Of a stretch of 64,000 bases of DNA, positions 18,267 through 28,382 are shown piece by piece. The position numbers were made by a program, and so were the translations under genes. This stretch comes from Candidatus Poribacteria bacterium (lineage in GTDB: Bacteria; Poribacteria; WGA-4E; WGA-3G). The stretch covers positions 25,347-89,346 of the forward strand of contig JAPPDN010001023.1 in NCBI GenBank assembly GCA_028824575.1. Direction: 5' to 3'. Numbering within the stretch: position 1 is the first letter of the stretch; each line of letters opens with the position of its first letter. The notes beneath the pieces are model-generated. The model saw only the letters and a list, made by a program, of their open reading frames with translations, made no database searches and was not told the origin of the DNA.

Positions 18267-18496
18267 TGAAACCTCCTTAAAAATATCCAAGAAATACGAC
18301 GATACGGGAGAAGAGTGTTGAAAAAGCGTTGGATCGTCCGATAACTCCCCCTTCTGAGGTACAACGCAATAGGTTCAGCATCGACACACGTCTCATCATC
18401 GCAAGGGGGCCCGGACACTACACAAGAAAACTGACGGAACTGTGTCATTGATAAATGTGGATACAAAACATTAAAGAGTGATAAAATGCCGGACAT
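18248..18496 (-). CDS. Small hypothetical protein (82 aa) heading the E3/E4 transcription unit
   Basis: ATG at 18496 preceded by AAGGAG. It overlaps the revised E3-like start by 19 nt. I recognise no family. Confidence 0.35.
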   Translation of the reverse strand: MSGILSLFNVLYPHLSMTQFRQFSCVVSGPPCDDETCVDAEPIALYLRRGSYRTIQRFFNTLLPYRRISWIFLRRFQWEKHL

Positions 18497-18620
18497 GGGT
18501 AAATCTCCTTTTTCAGTTATAGTTTTTCGTTATTCATAACTTAAGGTATTGCTGAAACGTTTCCAAAATATTCTGAGATTTTTCATCGCGAAACTCAATC
18601 CTGTGTAGCCGTAGAGCCGA

Positions 18621-20873
18621 TCATAGATTCCACAAATAAGAGATTTTGGCGACGATAACTCGATCCGAAAACCGAAGTCTGTCGGCGGAAGTGTCCCAAT
18701 CCTCATTATAAGCAATGAAGAAATGGCTTTTTGGACTGTATTCCCAACCGACAAGAAAACTGATAAGATACTTGAGGCTTATTTCTCTCTGATCGTAATA
18801 CATCCGGTTCCAGAGGGCTTGGGCGAATAACCGACAAAAAAGATCCCTCGTCAACAGATAAGTAACTCGAAAAGAATTGGCAAGAAATTTCCCGTCTGTT
18901 TCGCCATCCGGATTTGAAGTTTGGGCATAGCCAGTGGTCAACTCAAAAGTTAGGTTATTTTTAGGACGCAGGGTGCCGGAGAGATTAAAACCGCTTTGCT
19001 TACCGACGTACTTTTGGGAAAAATTATAAAAGTCGCCCATATTCAATTGCAAGGTCGTGAAAATTCGCTTGGCTGTATCGGTTCTCAGGAAAATGCTTCC
19101 TGTTTTCGCCCAGAAAAAGTCCGTGAGTTCAGATTCCTTGGAGTAACTAAACATCACTCCAAACTGCTCCAACACCGACTCTCGAAATCTCATCTGAACC
19201 CACATAATGTTTGACCAAAGGAGGATATCTGGATCAAAAAAAGGGCTGATTTTGAGGTTAGGGTTCTTTAACGCCAAATCGAGGAAGTAGTCGTCGGTAT
19301 AAAGTCCTTGAAACAGATGTCCTTGTGTCCCAATGAAAAGTTTCTCAAGTCCTAACACAGAAGGACGGGGAGTATATTCGAGTTTAGTCCCAATACCCTG
19401 CCACCCTCGGTAGAGCTCCTTTTGAAGGAAACCTGTTTGATTCGCTGAAAATTCTGGTTCCATCCGATCCATAGAGACTTCTGTGTTGAAGCGGTCAGTT
19501 TTTCTGGTGAACGTAAGCAAATACGCTCTGGCAGGTTCGAGTTTGCTCAAGGCGTTCCAACTTTGAGCGATTTGTCCGATGAAAAACGCATTTTCTCCGA
19601 CTTCAACGTTGGCATCCAAACCGAGGACCCGTTGGTTTTCATCCATCATTTCTTTCCCAGCATACAGTATGCCAATGTTAGATTTTTCAAGGATATCCCG
19701 CTTTGTTCTGAGGATGGTGAACAACGCCCGTTCTTTCGTTTCTGTTTCATCTTGGAGACCAAAATAGTTCCAGTCCCCTGTCTGGCTCGAAATAAAGCCC
19801 AGGGTGTAGTTTCCGACTTTGCCAGTCACATTAGTTCCCCATAAGATATCCCCTCTATTACCGATTCGGCGGCTATAGTAAAGTTCCAACGGGGTTGCAA
19901 AAATGCTATTTCCTTCAATGAAAAACGGACGTTTCTCCGCGAACCTTGTCGGAAATCGGGTTAGGTTGATTTCCAATTGATCGGCTTCCACCTGAGCAAA
20001 GTCTGGATTGACCATGCTACTTAACCGAAACTGATTGGTAAGTCTGTATTGAAAATCAATACCGAGGTCACTTCGACCTTTAACGCCTTTCCCTTGACTT
20101 TCTGTCGTCCCTCCCATAAAGTACGGATAAACTTCCACGTGTTCGCTTGATTGGATACCTTCTAATCCAATCAAATGTCCAAGTGCTGACATCCGGGTCC
20201 AGTATCCCCCATCACTGCCGAGGGGTTTCCATGCGTCTGTTTCCCGTTTTCGTCGAATGAACCGTTCAAAGTTAATGCCCCAAACCTGCTTTTCCGTATC
20301 AGTAAAGCGAAAATTACTGAACGGAATTTTGAATTCGGCAGTCCACCCCAAGTCATCAATATTACCTTCTGCCCACCAAACGCCCTCCCAAGAGGAATCC
20401 GCTTTTGAGTCATCATATCGATAATTGTCGTCTTTCACTCCACCAGGGGTACAGACAAACTTATATCCCGTTCGATGGTCGTGATAAGGATCGATAAAGA
20501 AAGAGATGACATCAGAATCAAACGCATTACCACGGCGGCTGATCCGGTTTACAATGTTCTCTGGTTCTGAGTCGTAACACCGAAATCCAACATATAAGTG
20601 ATACCGATCGTAAACAATATAACAAACCGTCTCCTCAGAGGCAACTTTCTCCGGAAAATCCTTCCAAACGAAACCACTGACGGGAGAAGCTTTCTTCCAT
20701 GCCTCATCGTTTAAAATTCCGTCAATCTTAGGAGGTGAGACTTCCTTTAGTGGGTATGCTCTAGCAGTATAGTTCCCTAAACCATCTTCATGAGCGTTGA
20801 GTGGAATTGAGGGCGGAAGAGATACGAAACTCATAATGAATAAAGCAAATTTCAATCGGCACATCCGGGTCAT
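18621..20873 (-). CDS. CBM9-like / DUF5916 family outer-membrane-type protein
   Basis: Signal peptide, then KIDGILNDEAWKKASPVSGFVWKDFPEKVASEETVCYIVYDRYHLYVGFRCYD (CBM9-like N-domain). A long beta-rich C-terminal region ends AKISYLWNL. AAGGAG RBS. Confidence 0.7.
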   Translation of the reverse strand: MTRMCRLKFALFIMSFVSLPPSIPLNAHEDGLGNYTARAYPLKEVSPPKIDGILNDEAWKKASPVSGFVWKDFPEKVASEETVCYIVYDRYHLYVGFRCYDSEPENIVNRISRRGNAFDSDVISFFIDPYHDHRTGYKFVCTPGGVKDDNYRYDDSKADSSWEGVWWAEGNIDDLGWTAEFKIPFSNFRFTDTEKQVWGINFERFIRRKRETDAWKPLGSDGGYWTRMSALGHLIGLEGIQSSEHVEVYPYFMGGTTESQGKGVKGRSDLGIDFQYRLTNQFRLSSMVNPDFAQVEADQLEINLTRFPTRFAEKRPFFIEGNSIFATPLELYYSRRIGNRGDILWGTNVTGKVGNYTLGFISSQTGDWNYFGLQDETETKERALFTILRTKRDILEKSNIGILYAGKEMMDENQRVLGLDANVEVGENAFFIGQIAQSWNALSKLEPARAYLLTFTRKTDRFNTEVSMDRMEPEFSANQTGFLQKELYRGWQGIGTKLEYTPRPSVLGLEKLFIGTQGHLFQGLYTDDYFLDLALKNPNLKISPFFDPDILLWSNIMWVQMRFRESVLEQFGVMFSYSKESELTDFFWAKTGSIFLRTDTAKRIFTTLQLNMGDFYNFSQKYVGKQSGFNLSGTLRPKNNLTFELTTGYAQTSNPDGETDGKFLANSFRVTYLLTRDLFCRLFAQALWNRMYYDQREISLKYLISFLVGWEYSPKSHFFIAYNEDWDTSADRLRFSDRVIVAKISYLWNL

Positions 20874-20997
20874 GAAGTATCTCCTTCTAGATTGTACCCC
20901 GCTGTTTCCTGCTCGGGGTGTGGCGTGTATAGAAAAATATCGGTTTTCGCAAAATCTGCCTGCATCATCTGTTCATGAAAGCATGTGAGCTTAACAT

Positions 20998-22557
20998 CTA
21001 CGGTTCTCCTTTCTTGGCTACCAGATAAAGATGAAACGCTTCACTGCTAACTATTGATCCCGTGAATTTTGCCAATTCCGTCAGCGAGTGCTGCGCAACC
21101 AAATCCTGCTCCAACATCCGATTAAGAATTATCAGAACATCTGCTTCGGACTCCACCCCAATTTTCTTAGCACTCTCAATGACCTGCTCGTCTGAAACCT
21201 CATGAATCCTTGCCTGATTCCAGACGATGAAAGATCCGAACCGGTCACTACGCGGGTAGTAGAACGATCTTTTTTCCGTATAGCCAACAATTGTGCTTAC
21301 AGCCGAGTCTTTATCGCCGACTATCAACATTTCTTGCAGCCCTTCGGTCTGAATGAATTCTGCTGTTGCCTTACCATAAGAGAAAACATAGCGATAATCC
21401 GTGCAAACAGCGATAATACCACCGATGAGGTGGAAGATGAGAATGAATGTTAACACCGGACGGAATGATTTCTGACAGATAGCACTAAATCTGTCAATGG
21501 ATGTTGACCCTTTTGGACCTTCACAGCTTTGGTAGATCCAAGCAACCATAACGAAGACGATAAATAAAAACCCATGATGACGAAGGCTACCATAATACTT
21601 GCTGTAGAAAAGGATAAGCAGCCCGATCGTCCCCAAAAGAAAAATCAACCACGCGATCGGTCTTCGGAATAGCATCAGTGAAAACCAGATCACCAAAAAA
21701 CAAGACAACATGAATTGAATCTTCGCATAGAATTGGAACTGTCCCAACCACTGGGTCCCCCAAAAATGGCGTGTCGCTTCCGGGACAGGGAAGAATGCAT
21801 CTGTTAGAGTCTTGATGACTTTCGCGAGGCGATCCGCATCATAATGGGTGTACCAGCCGACCGCAAAGCCGCTATCGGCAGGAGGAATGATTTGCAGGAG
21901 AGATGTCAAAATCCCAAGTCCCATCAAACTGAACCCGATAACAATATGCGATTCCTTGATTGAAGTCTCTGCCAAGATACAATTTCGACGGGAGATATAG
22001 TCCACTAATAGCGCAAAACTCACAGTTATAGCGACAATTAGGGCATGAACGCTCGTATGTCCTAATAGAAAGAGAACTGTACCGACCCATAAGAACCTGA
22101 AGTAACGCCGCTGAAATAGAACACAAAATATGCAGATTAACAGAACGCCGAGGGCATAGTTTCGACAAATAATTGAATATTCATAGAGGGAAAAATATCC
22201 GAAGGCAAACAAAAATTTGTGGAGATGTGTAAAAGGCGAGTACCGTCCAAAGAGGTAGATAGTTGTCGCGGCAATTAGCAGATGGAACACCTGCATAATA
22301 CCAGGCGATTGTGTAAAACGACTGAGCATCAGCAGACAAGCGTGCCAAAGTCCAGGGTGCCCTTCGTATTTGAGGTTACGATACAAATCAAGAAGGGATA
22401 TACTATCTCGAGCAAGCAGCCAGGCTTGAATCTCATCTCTCCACATCTCATGATGTAATGCCGTGAGCGTCCCAACACAGAGAAAAATCGTCGTCAGACT
22501 AATCCCATAGATTTGATCAAATCTATCTTTGACCATAGGACTGATGCCTATGCGCAT
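20998..22557 (-). CDS. Polytopic membrane protein, GT-C (ArnT/PMT-like) glycosyltransferase candidate
   Basis: At least 10 hydrophobic helices and an acidic first-loop motif HHEMWRDEIQAW. The start at MRIGISPM (22557) has GGAGG 4 nt upstream; the ORF-track TTG start is at 22596. The family call is tentative. Confidence 0.5.
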   Translation of the reverse strand: MRIGISPMVKDRFDQIYGISLTTIFLCVGTLTALHHEMWRDEIQAWLLARDSISLLDLYRNLKYEGHPGLWHACLLMLSRFTQSPGIMQVFHLLIAATTIYLFGRYSPFTHLHKFLFAFGYFSLYEYSIICRNYALGVLLICIFCVLFQRRYFRFLWVGTVLFLLGHTSVHALIVAITVSFALLVDYISRRNCILAETSIKESHIVIGFSLMGLGILTSLLQIIPPADSGFAVGWYTHYDADRLAKVIKTLTDAFFPVPEATRHFWGTQWLGQFQFYAKIQFMLSCFLVIWFSLMLFRRPIAWLIFLLGTIGLLILFYSKYYGSLRHHGFLFIVFVMVAWIYQSCEGPKGSTSIDRFSAICQKSFRPVLTFILIFHLIGGIIAVCTDYRYVFSYGKATAEFIQTEGLQEMLIVGDKDSAVSTIVGYTEKRSFYYPRSDRFGSFIVWNQARIHEVSDEQVIESAKKIGVESEADVLIILNRMLEQDLVAQHSLTELAKFTGSIVSSEAFHLYLVAKKGEP

Positions 22558-22718
22558 AAAGCCTCCAGAAGTTACAGAAAGTTTTTCAGAGATCAAAGCC
22601 TATTGAGAACACATCCGTAGACGATCAAAACCAATTACATTTTTTTACGAGTAATAAGTATAGCTGCGAATAAAAGTTTTAGGCATTCAAAGACAAACGG
22701 ACCCAATGTAAACACGAC

Positions 22719-23717
22719 TTAGATATCTTCCGAATATATTTCTTTCACAACTGCTTCAATTGTTGGTTCTTCAATCTTCATGTCCCGTGGATGGAAGTGG
22801 TCAAGGATCGTTTGAATGATATTAATTGCCGAAATTTCATTTTTGTCAAATGAAATCGTTAATGAGTAATCGTTTCGTTTTGTGAATTCGAGTTGGGCGA
22901 TATTTAACTTCTCACGAATAACATCTATATCAATGTGCTCATAAAGGTCTATCTGAATTTTTCGTTTTCTTGCCAACTCATTTTTTGCTTTTTCTAGGTC
23001 CCCGTCAAAGATAATTTTACCTTGATCAATAATGAGGGTTCTTTGGCAGAGATACTCGATGTCACTGAGGTCATGCGTCGTTAAAATTATGGTCGTTCCG
23101 AGACTCGCATTCATTTCTTTAATGAATTCTCGAATATTCGATTTCACTGCAACATCGAGTCCAATCGTAGGCTCATCGAGAAAAACAACAGGTGGATTAT
23201 GTAATAAAGAAGCAGCAATATCACACCGCACCCTCTGCCCCAAGCTTAATTTTCGGACAGGAATATGGAGGAGTGGACCAATTTCTAACACCTCATCAAA
23301 CTTTTTTAACTGCTTTTGAAAATCATTTTTGCTGACTTCATAGATGTCCCTGAGGAGAGTAAAGGCCTCAATGACAGCTATATCCCACCACAATTGGGAA
23401 CGTTGTCCAAAAACAACACCTATATTTTTTACATGTTGCCTTCTCTGCTTATGAGGGACAAGACCGTTCACCTCCACCCTTCCCTCGGTGGGGGTAAGAA
23501 TCCCTGTCAATATTTTAATTGTCGTTGATTTGCCGGCACCGTTTGGACCAATGTAACCGAGAGTCTCTCCTTGTTCAACATGGAAACTTATATTATCTAC
23601 TGCTTGAACGAATTGATACTCTCTTTTGACCAAGTTCATCAAAGCACCCGATAATCCCTCCCTACGCTTAGAAATTTTGAACGTTTTGGTCAGGGTTTCG
23701 ACCTCGATTAAAGCCAT
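22719..23717 (-). CDS. ABC transporter ATP-binding protein (ABC-2 exporter type)
   Basis: Walker A GPNGAGKSTT, signature LSLGQRVR, Walker B VVFLDEPTIGLD, H-loop TTHDL. GGAGGA RBS. Confidence 0.9.
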   Translation of the reverse strand: MALIEVETLTKTFKISKRREGLSGALMNLVKREYQFVQAVDNISFHVEQGETLGYIGPNGAGKSTTIKILTGILTPTEGRVEVNGLVPHKQRRQHVKNIGVVFGQRSQLWWDIAVIEAFTLLRDIYEVSKNDFQKQLKKFDEVLEIGPLLHIPVRKLSLGQRVRCDIAASLLHNPPVVFLDEPTIGLDVAVKSNIREFIKEMNASLGTTIILTTHDLSDIEYLCQRTLIIDQGKIIFDGDLEKAKNELARKRKIQIDLYEHIDIDVIREKLNIAQLEFTKRNDYSLTISFDKNEISAINIIQTILDHFHPRDMKIEEPTIEAVVKEIYSEDI

Positions 23718-23755
23718 TAGACCATTCCTCCATCATTTCAGCATGAAAAACTCAA

Positions 23756-24565
23756 TCAAGAACCAGCACTCTCATACCTTTGAAGGCCCCTCTTCCATAT
23801 GAACAACCCGATTCCCCATGTCAAAAGGGCAATGAGAGGAGTCATTCTCACGTGAAAGATATAATCCGTTCTCTCCAAAAAGAGCGTTGCCGGATAAAAT
23901 GAAGTAAATGCCAAGGGGAGTATCCAAGAAAGAAATACTTGTAATGGAGCACTGTAAATCGTGATTGGATATTTCGCGAAATCACGAATTGTCATTAAAG
24001 GCCAAGCGATTGCCCCTGTTGGATCCTTCACCCAAAAAGTTAGGCTAACCAAAATCAACACGACCCCCCCCAAAATCAAGACAGCAGAAAAAATCAGGAC
24101 AACAAAAAAGAAAAGCAAATGGTAGGAGAAAGACAAATTTAACTTAACAGCGGCGTAGGATAAAGCACCGAATCCCAGCGCTAAAGTGGAGAACGAACCA
24201 ATGTCCAATCGCTCAATGATAATCTGAAGCAGAGGTGGCAGCGGGCGAAGCAGGACGCGGTCCAAGTTTCCATCAAGAATGTAAAGACGTCCGAGGTTGA
24301 TGAGATTTGAAAAGAACATTGAAAACAAAGCCATGGAGGTTTGGGAAAACCCGTAAATAAAAAGAATCTCCCCATAACTCCAGCCATTAATGTCAGGGAT
24401 ATGGTTGAAGATAGTCAATACAAAAATAAGCGTTCCGATTTGAGCTGAGAGAGCAGATACTATCTGAATCAAAACATCGGCTCGATACTCGAGGCGGGAT
24501 TTTAAATACTGACTAAGATATCGAAAATATATCTTGCTATAAAAAAAGAGGGACCGCATCGACAA
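23756..24565 (-). CDS. ABC-2 family transporter permease
   Basis: Six-helix hydrophobic protein in an operon with the ATPase and a paralogous permease. Possible TTG start at 24565, or ATG at 24559. Confidence 0.7.
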   Translation of the reverse strand: MSMRSLFFYSKIYFRYLSQYLKSRLEYRADVLIQIVSALSAQIGTLIFVLTIFNHIPDINGWSYGEILFIYGFSQTSMALFSMFFSNLINLGRLYILDGNLDRVLLRPLPPLLQIIIERLDIGSFSTLALGFGALSYAAVKLNLSFSYHLLFFFVVLIFSAVLILGGVVLILVSLTFWVKDPTGAIAWPLMTIRDFAKYPITIYSAPLQVFLSWILPLAFTSFYPATLFLERTDYIFHVRMTPLIALLTWGIGLFIWKRGLQRYESAGS

Positions 24566-24570
24566 AAAAA

Positions 24571-25431
24571 TTAGCCCCCTTGTATAGTTATCTTTTGAAT
24601 GGAATTTTTAAATAAAAAATATCCTGCTGTGGACAAAGCGAACACCCAGACAGTTTGAGCGCACAACACAGCGATTCCGGCTTCTTTGCCTAAATGACCT
24701 AAGTAAATTTCCATAGGCTGATAAAAGATGAACCGAAATGGTAAGTAATTCATCGTTGAGACCAGCCATGCAGGATACATCACCAATGGAATCAATGTTC
24801 CCGATAACAGTTCAATAATCGCAGAGGTTGCGTGGAGAATACCTGAGTTATCTTCGACATAGAAGATGGTTAGCCCCACCAAAAAAGCGATTCCAGCATG
24901 AACCAAAGCCCCTAATACAAGACTGGTGAGAAATATTGCCAGATGGTCTGGGGCAGTTAATCCGACTAGTAATGCCCACAGGGTTAAGACTGGAACAATC
25001 CTAAAGACGGAGTGAAACAAAATGCCTCCGAATGCGTGGAAATAAATGTACAGTTGGTAACTGACTGGTTTTAAGAGATTCATAATCAGTTCGCCGGTAC
25101 GGTACTGCCCTCCCATTTCACGAGAAATTGCCCCCGAAAATTCGTTTATAAAAAAGCGAAATACACCAGCAATTGCCACGTATGTAACCATATCTTTGAG
25201 AGAATATCCTCGAATCACTCTTCCATCGGTCAAAATTGCTTTCCAAAGAAAATAACTCACGATCACTATCAGAAGATATTCCGTTAAAACTAAAAAAAAA
25301 TGGGCGCGGTAACTGAGTTTATCAACAAAGCGAATCTTGCTGAATCTGATATAAATTCTGAGATGTCTCCAAGACTTTCTGAGATTTTCCATTACAAAAA
25401 GCGAGATAAGAATTGACACTCTCATATGCAC
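24571..25431 (-). CDS. ABC-2 family transporter permease
   Basis: Polytopic protein, same operon. The start is ambiguous between 25431 and MENLRK at 25392; neither has a clear RBS. Confidence 0.65.
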   Translation of the reverse strand: MHMRVSILISLFVMENLRKSWRHLRIYIRFSKIRFVDKLSYRAHFFLVLTEYLLIVIVSYFLWKAILTDGRVIRGYSLKDMVTYVAIAGVFRFFINEFSGAISREMGGQYRTGELIMNLLKPVSYQLYIYFHAFGGILFHSVFRIVPVLTLWALLVGLTAPDHLAIFLTSLVLGALVHAGIAFLVGLTIFYVEDNSGILHATSAIIELLSGTLIPLVMYPAWLVSTMNYLPFRFIFYQPMEIYLGHLGKEAGIAVLCAQTVWVFALSTAGYFLFKNSIQKITIQGG

Positions 25432-25469
25432 TCAAAATTCTACAGCGTGTAGAGGGTATCCTTGGGAGA

Positions 25470-26474
25470 TCAGAAACTTATTTTTTCATGTGACCTTGCT
25501 AAAAATGAAAAATAAAATTCCTCGTATCGCTTGGCAACGTTTACTACGTCAAATCTTTCCCGCGCTGTTCGTAAGGCGTTTTGACTAAGGATTCGCCGTA
25601 GAGATTTATCCCTAATCAAAGAACCAATCGCTTTCTCCAATGCCCGTTGGTCGCCATAAGGCACAAGAAGACCTTCCTTTAGATGGGTGACGGCATCTCT
25701 CACACATTCAACATCTGATAAAACGCAGGCAGTGCCCATTGCCATGGTTTCAAGAACACAATTATCCATTGCTCCTCTTTGAGGGTGTGGTGTATAGACA
25801 AAAATGTCTGTTTGAGCGAGGATATCTGGAATTTCACTTGCCCGCCTCACGCCGAGAAACTTAATTCTGTCTGTTGACGTTCCGTCTTCCCCTACAATCC
25901 AGAGTTCAGCATTCTGAAAAGTTTCTAGCACTCTTTCCAAAACTGGCCAGAAGTACTCGGCACAACGTGAAGGACGGCAGACGCGCGTCAAGATGACTTT
26001 ATCTTTGTTTTGTTTTCGACGATAGGCAAATGCGCTTAAATCAACTCCATTCAAGATAGTGGTGCAATCGTTGGCAGGTTCTTGGAGTTCCCGAACGGCA
26101 GAGGCAACACAGATGATAGGACAATCTAAGACGGGTAACTTGTTAAAGTATCTCAGGGTAATGACAAAAGGTTTTCTGGTATCCTTGAGTAGTTGATAAA
26201 GTGATTCCTTGTTTCTAAATGAGAGAATATGTAGATTAATTAAGTCCGCGTTCATTAAGAGGCTGAGGGCTCGTTCTTCATCAATAATCTCATAATCAAC
26301 AGCAGGGGTCAGGAAAATCGGAATCTCTATTTTCCTGAATTCCTGAATCATTTCCCCATCACTCAGCACCAAGACGAACGGGTCGGTTTTTTGACTAAAT
26401 TGACAAAGGTTTTTTACCGACCGTTCTGTGCCTCCATAATTCGCCCATGGAAGAATATGAGCCACCTTTAACAT
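25470..26474 (-). CDS. Glycosyltransferase (GT-B, GT4/GT1-like)
   Basis: MLKVAHILPWANYGGTERSV N-terminus and C-terminal AMDNCVLETMAMGTACVLSDVECVRDAV. Confidence 0.75.
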   Translation of the reverse strand: MLKVAHILPWANYGGTERSVKNLCQFSQKTDPFVLVLSDGEMIQEFRKIEIPIFLTPAVDYEIIDEERALSLLMNADLINLHILSFRNKESLYQLLKDTRKPFVITLRYFNKLPVLDCPIICVASAVRELQEPANDCTTILNGVDLSAFAYRRKQNKDKVILTRVCRPSRCAEYFWPVLERVLETFQNAELWIVGEDGTSTDRIKFLGVRRASEIPDILAQTDIFVYTPHPQRGAMDNCVLETMAMGTACVLSDVECVRDAVTHLKEGLLVPYGDQRALEKAIGSLIRDKSLRRILSQNALRTARERFDVVNVAKRYEEFYFSFLARSHEKISF

Positions 26475-26567
26475 CTCTAATGTTATCCCTTAAAAGTTGG
26501 GTAGCACCTCAGAGACAAACTTTATACTACTTTGGAAATCGGTAGAATTCTGTCATGCTGATATTTT

Positions 26568-28328
26568 TTACTCTGAGGGACTCGTTGCAAATCGGAGTTC
26601 GGCGTTCGGGTCAGAAACGTGCAGGGAATATCCCCACATCCCGGTATATTCTGCACACTTAACCAAAACGGTGTTCCATCCCTTCTTCAACGTCAATATG
26701 AAATAGTTTGGGCGGCTGCTATAGCCGAGATATGGGAGGGTTTCCTTCTGATTAACAAGTATTTTTGTAATGTCGTCGCTCTGGATGCTGGCAAACACTT
26801 GCCGATCAGAAGGGCTATAGACATAGCTGAGCCCATAAGCGATCACAAAGTCATCGGAGTAGATAGATTTGAGGTCAAGCCATCCCTGGTTATCAGTCAT
26901 CGCCTCCTGCCACGTGACCTGCTCGGATCCTACCAAATATGTCTCTGTGCGCTCCCAGGTCTTCTCTGGTTCAAGTGCTTGCGCAAATGCGGGGATGGCG
27001 CGTTCCACTTCTGCGTCGTCCGCATCCTCCCGAACGCCAAGGTCGAAAGGACCAATCACCATCCACTCTTTTATAGGAATCAAGTTTTCGACGGGCACCG
27101 GCGCGAAATGATCCGACCACTGCCGCACTTGAGTTCCTCCGTAAGATATCTCATATGTGACAGAAGGAAGGGGTAAGAAATCCAGGCAAGATGCCTTAAA
27201 AACGAAATCCGCAGTCCTGCCTGGCTTGACGACAGCCCTGATTTCTCTCGGCGTAATGTCCCACGAACTTCCGTCCGGAATGGAAAACTTAAGGGTAGCC
27301 GTGACCTTCTTTTCCAACGTATTTTTGAGATGTCCGATGAACTGCCCTTCGTTCAGATCTTGGGTATAAGGAAAATGTTTCTCCCAAGTGAACAATTGGC
27401 TTATTTTCTCTCGGAATTCGCGCGGTGCGATATCATAAGGATGGAGACTCCCGGGTTCAATGATCGCGATATGCACAGCATCTCCGTCCACGGTGACCGT
27501 TGTATAGTGGTGAAATGATCCGTACTCCAAAACCTCGCTGGGAGTCAGTCCCCCCCCGGTTGCACTTAAAACAAAATAGGGACGATTGTGACGCATTTCG
27601 TAGGCAAGACCGTGGAAATGCCCTGCAAACACAGTTACGGGCAATCCTTCTAGCCAAGACTCAATCATCTCCCACTGGGCATATTCTTCGCCGGTGTAAT
27701 ACCAGACTGGACGATGCATAAATATAAAAATATGCTTGGTTTCCCGATGGGCAGCAATATCCATCTGGATCCATTCCATCTGTTCTAAGCCAAATGTGGT
27801 TTCGCCCGACCGCCATCCTTCTTCCGTGTTTAACAACATGAAATGGCATCCTTTATAGTTGAACGAGTAGTAGGTCTTTCCAACATTTGCTTTCCAGTAG
27901 TCATACATCACCTTATTGGAGATGTCATGGTTTCCCGGAAGAAAGAAGAGGGGGATCCGGATCCGGTTGGCGTGCTCTAGGAATTTCTTCCATTCGACCT
28001 CAACAACTTCGACATCAGAGGTGTAACCTTGGATGAGGTCACCTACCATTATAGCAAAGTCGGGTCGTAAATGGCTGACTTCATCCATGGCGCGGTCGAA
28101 GATGTACCAGTTTTTCTCGCCACCGCCGGTCTTATCGCCGATGATAGCAAATGTGAACTTCTCTTGATCCCGTGGAAAGGGACGCTCAATACCCGGCACG
28201 TTAGGAGAAAGCGTCGGAGCTAGGCCTTCTAACCCGTGCACATAGGCATTGAGGTTTTTGGGTGTAAAAAAGAGAAGCATCCCTAAGACTACAAACATGT
28301 TGACTTTTCTCATGCGTTCTGATTTCAT
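26568..28328 (-). CDS. Secreted calcineurin-like metallophosphoesterase with a C-terminal beta-sandwich-like domain
   Basis: Signal peptide. Motifs are IIGDKTGG, VGDLIQG, LPGNHD, FMHRP and AGHFHG. GAAGGAAG RBS. Confidence 0.85.
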   Translation of the reverse strand: MKSERMRKVNMFVVLGMLLFFTPKNLNAYVHGLEGLAPTLSPNVPGIERPFPRDQEKFTFAIIGDKTGGGEKNWYIFDRAMDEVSHLRPDFAIMVGDLIQGYTSDVEVVEVEWKKFLEHANRIRIPLFFLPGNHDISNKVMYDYWKANVGKTYYSFNYKGCHFMLLNTEEGWRSGETTFGLEQMEWIQMDIAAHRETKHIFIFMHRPVWYYTGEEYAQWEMIESWLEGLPVTVFAGHFHGLAYEMRHNRPYFVLSATGGGLTPSEVLEYGSFHHYTTVTVDGDAVHIAIIEPGSLHPYDIAPREFREKISQLFTWEKHFPYTQDLNEGQFIGHLKNTLEKKVTATLKFSIPDGSSWDITPREIRAVVKPGRTADFVFKASCLDFLPLPSVTYEISYGGTQVRQWSDHFAPVPVENLIPIKEWMVIGPFDLGVREDADDAEVERAIPAFAQALEPEKTWERTETYLVGSEQVTWQEAMTDNQGWLDLKSIYSDDFVIAYGLSYVYSPSDRQVFASIQSDDITKILVNQKETLPYLGYSSRPNYFILTLKKGWNTVLVKCAEYTGMWGYSLHVSDPNAELRFATSPSE

Positions 28329-28382
28329 AATTCTTCCTTCTCTGTTCCAACTTCATTTGCATACTTTTAAGAGCATCTTGTG

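Noticed and set aside
26619-27176. 185-aa plus-strand ORF inside the metallophosphoesterase gene
   Set aside because: It is antisense to a gene with all five metallophosphoesterase motifs, and it has no RBS or recognisable domain.
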